DNA of 64,000 nucleotides from Takakia lepidozioides (Eukaryota; Plantae; Bryophyta). A model generated the notes under the pieces. It ran no database searches. It was not told the origin of the DNA and saw only the letters and a program-made list of their open reading frames with translations. Position numbers and translations under genes: made by a program. The stretch covers positions 15,748,001 through 15,812,000 of the forward strand of contig CM060731.1 of the NCBI GenBank assembly GCA_030704615.1. The letters run 5' to 3'. This document shows positions 60,642-64,000 of the stretch, piece by piece (within the stretch, counting starts at the first letter, position 1; every line of letters begins with the position of its first letter).

Positions 60642-61364
60642 TCATCTTAAGGATCTGCGTTGTCCTGACCGATTTGGATTACCATCACTGCTAGATGAGG
60701 CAGGCCGTTCGGCACAAGGGTAATTATCCATCTCTTGATCTATCTCAAAGGCTGATCTAAGAACCTCCTCTACTACCCGCTCCAACGCCTCAGCCTCCAT
60801 CTCCGATAAAATCTCAGAGTTTGAACCAACTTCGGCCTCTGATACAGTCTCGGAGGTAACAACCTGCTCTATTACCCGCTCCAACGGCTCAACCTTCATC
60901 TCGGACGATAAAATCTCAGAGTTTGAACCAACTTCGGCCTCTGATACAATGAGGGAGGCAACAACCTCTTCTAGTACCCGCTCCAACGCCTCAACCTCCG
61001 TCTGCGAGAAAATCTCAGAGTTTGAGCCAACTTCGGCTTCTGATACAATCTCGGAGGTACTTGCGGACTCCTGCATCTCTGATACAGGTGAGAGGGTCAG
61101 CATTCTCCCCTTCCAGTCCCCCAGAAGGGCTTTACTCGTATATGAAAATATCATCTTCTCCACCTTTGCAAACCCGGTGGCCTCCTTTGCATCCCTGTTT
61201 GCCACAAAACTGTAGTAATCAACGAACTCAAACGTTGCTATGATCTCGCTCCAAATTCTTGATACTCTTCGGAATTCCATCACCTGTTCCAGTGGCAATC
61301 TGGCCACTACCATCGCCAGGAGGGAATTGGGCAACAATTGATAGTTGCTACGCTGATCTGCCAT
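60642..61364 (-). CDS. F-box protein with three about 34-aa acidic repeats (240 aa, intronless)
   Basis: LPNSLLAMVVARLPLEQVMEFRRVSRIWSEII; (VSEAEVGSNSEI...LERVxExV) three times; intact ATG-to-stop frame. Confidence 0.75.
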   Translation of the reverse strand: MADQRSNYQLLPNSLLAMVVARLPLEQVMEFRRVSRIWSEIIATFEFVDYYSFVANRDAKEATGFAKVEKMIFSYTSKALLGDWKGRMLTLSPVSEMQESASTSEIVSEAEVGSNSEIFSQTEVEALERVLEEVVASLIVSEAEVGSNSEILSSEMKVEPLERVIEQVVTSETVSEAEVGSNSEILSEMEAEALERVVEEVLRSAFEIDQEMDNYPCAERPASSSSDGNPNRSGQRRSLR

Positions 61365-64000
61365 AGCGAAATGAGACAGCGCCTTACAGCAAAACGAGAG
61401 ACTACCGAAACGAGTACAAATTGCTGCACCTACAAAGCCCTATCTCCGAAGTGCAAGAGATCGAAAACAAAGCGTCCCGGCGAGAGAGAGACTCGAGAGA
61501 CAGAGACAGAGAGAGGGAGAGAGACAAAGTTCCAAGAGCTGCCCCCAGCAATTTAAGCAAGTCGCTCCGTTCGAATATTCGAACGTCTCTGCATTTGGAA
61601 AGGACCGCACTCTTCCTGCTACTGAGCAATACGAAAATTTCGAATTTTAAAAAGTAGTCCTGCCGTTGTAGACTACGCTCTTGGGGTAATTAATGTGCAT
61701 GAAAGGAGGGTCTAAGTGATGGCACCTGTAAACGTACATAGTCCCACAAACTACTGGCATGTAATTTCAAAGATTACAGACATAACATAAGCTGCCCTAA
61801 GCTTAGATCATCATTCATTCCGACAGCACTGTCAAATTTTGAAGAGCTTAAATTTATTTGGAGTGGATGAGGTTTTTATTGTGCGTCATGGTTGAGCTAA
61901 ACGCAAATTGTAGGAAGTTAGAGGTCTCTATCCAAACAGCATGCAAAGAAAATAGATTCCCCAACCTGCCCAGTTGCCTCTAGTTTATTTTATGAAATCG
62001 CACTCCGAATTGGACAAGACGGAAGTTAGAGGTCTTCATCCAAACTGCATGCAAAGAAAATAGATTCCCCAACCTGCCCAGTTGCCTCTAGTTTATTTTA
62101 TGAAATCGCACTCCGAATTGGACAAGACACGACTTATGAATGGACATTTGAGATAAATAATTGATGTGGCAGGGTCTCCAGTCTCCACCGCTTCCGACTA
62201 AATATCAGAGTCATTGTCTCCCATCTTATCGACCCCGTACCGTCACAGCCCAGTGGAGCACCCAGCCACTCCGCCCATTGAATATTTGAGGACCCTACAG
62301 AGGACCCATCACAAGTGTTGAAATACTGTGGTGGTGTTCCCTTCCCTGCCATGGATGGTGCTTCTTGGAGTTTGACCTGCCCTGGGTTGTTTAAATATTC
62401 AATGATGTATTTTAACAGAAGTCTGTACAGTTACAGTAGAGAAGGAAGCCTCTTGCCCAAGCAACCATATCTTATGGTGTGAAGGACCTCTGTTTTTTTT
62501 CTTTTTTCTTTTTCCATTCTTTCTTCATTTAAATTTAAAGAAGTGGGCACAAATTTTATATCTGCCTTCCCTTTTGGAAGATGAACAGCAGTTAGGGTAG
62601 TTATTTATTGTAGGGATCAATTTCAAGGGGTCCTCCACCCTCTAAAATCTCAATAACTTACTAGCGGATCTGTCTTCAACTGCAAAGTGAGATTGTCATG
62701 TTGTTGGATCTGGAATCTTCATCAAGTTCTCAACATCTTTGACCAGGCCTTATGCTTTAAAGCGCAGGAAAAACTTAGAGAAATAATTAATATTAATATT
62801 TAAAGGAAAAAACCTAGTCGGATCCACCAGTCACAAATTGAATAGGACCCTTAATTTTAGCCAGAGGAGAAAATATCCTCTTCCAAAGTAACCTTGCCTT
62901 ACATGTTATTTGTTTTTACCCTTATGGCTCCTGCTTGTGAATAGTGGAATATACTTTCATCCATACTTGAAAATTCATCCATTATTTTTCGCATTATTAT
63001 CATCCATTGTTTTTCAATAACAGAGGCACCTCATGGAAGTGGTTTTGAGCAAAGGAGAGGAGCTGACACCAATGGAACACACAACAAAGTGCTTAGCGAT
63101 ATTTGACATTGGTGCGTAATCTTTGCTTTACAATAAACAGGAGCAAACAATGAAAAAAACCAAACCTTGTCATGAGCAAGGCTCATGGACACCAACTAAT
63201 CCGGCAATGTTTCGATAGATAAAAAAAACTCCTCAGATCCTCAAACTTGACTGATGAATCATGTTCCTAACCACATCCCTACCTTCATCTAATATTTCAT
63301 GGCATTTTGCAGACAGAATTGGAATCTTATCACTTGGAGTACAAACTTTGCAGAGTAGAAAACAAAACCAAAAATTTGTTTGAAATTCCTAAATGACTAC
63401 AATTGAGACTAATTCTGCAGGAACATGCCTCATGATGCTGACCACCTTAACTTTTGGATCAGACTTTGGTATACCTGCTTTGTAATGATTCGGAGGGAGG
63501 GGGGAGTCCATGGCCCCTTTAAGAAGAAAACATATTTATCGAAAAACCTTGAAAACAAACATATTGATACAAGGCCTTGCTATACCCAAGGCTGTTCTTG
63601 CATCCATGGATCCGGGTCCACCGCTTTTCCGTGAACGTGGAGACCCCTACAACACACCAGAAAAATTGAAGATATATCAGCTTTTTGCAGTGAAGTACCC
63701 CTGGTGAGCTTAATGTACAGAGATCAGCCTTTCAGCAAATATGACTGGTATCTGGTAATACAGAGAAACATGCTGCTGGTCACACGTATGATGGACAATA
63801 TAAGGGTATTCCTTGTGATTGACCCATTCACAATGAATTTCACATTCCAAATCAAAAGAGATGCATTACTGTACATCAAAAAGAGAGAAACACACTGCGT
63901 GAGAGAGAGAATGTACTCCCAGGACCTTGTTTGCCATAGCCTTCTGGCCATAGACCGTGGTTCAGTTTGGGTGGAAAAAGAGGGAACAGACACTACCTTT

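Overview
Eukaryotic nuclear DNA from a land plant, most likely a bryophyte or other seed-free plant (PLS-class PPR fragments, GT-AG introns, Ty1/copia, CACTA, LINE and tRNA-derived SINE remnants). The window is transposon-rich and largely degenerate. Its backbone is a segmental duplication carrying a short acidic F-box gene, present in about five copies (approx. 1.2-5.7, 7.0-9.1, 38.0-43.1, 52.2-56.7 and 59.9-64.0 kb). Two copies have open F-box ORFs, and three have gained an inverted F-box pseudocopy, one of which carries two pre-miRNA-like fold-backs. Four kinds of insertion lie between these copies. (i) A complete 6.1-kb TIR element (12585-18696, 8-9 bp TSD) with about 30 copies of a 20-30 bp palindrome between a decayed ParB-like/amino-methyltransferase-like gene and a decayed SWIM-finger gene. 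(ii) A 12.4-kb CACTA element whose accessory (TnpA-like) gene contains an FCP1/NIF-type HAD phosphatase domain. (iii) Three copia remnants and a second CACTA end. (iv) PPR pseudogene pieces linked to OSB-type 'WWDNR' motifs, and a mosaic of unrelated gene fragments. The only clearly intact ordinary host gene is a secreted alpha/beta-hydrolase-fold gene (57633-58763, minus). Domain calls are by eye from motif memory and were not run against databases.
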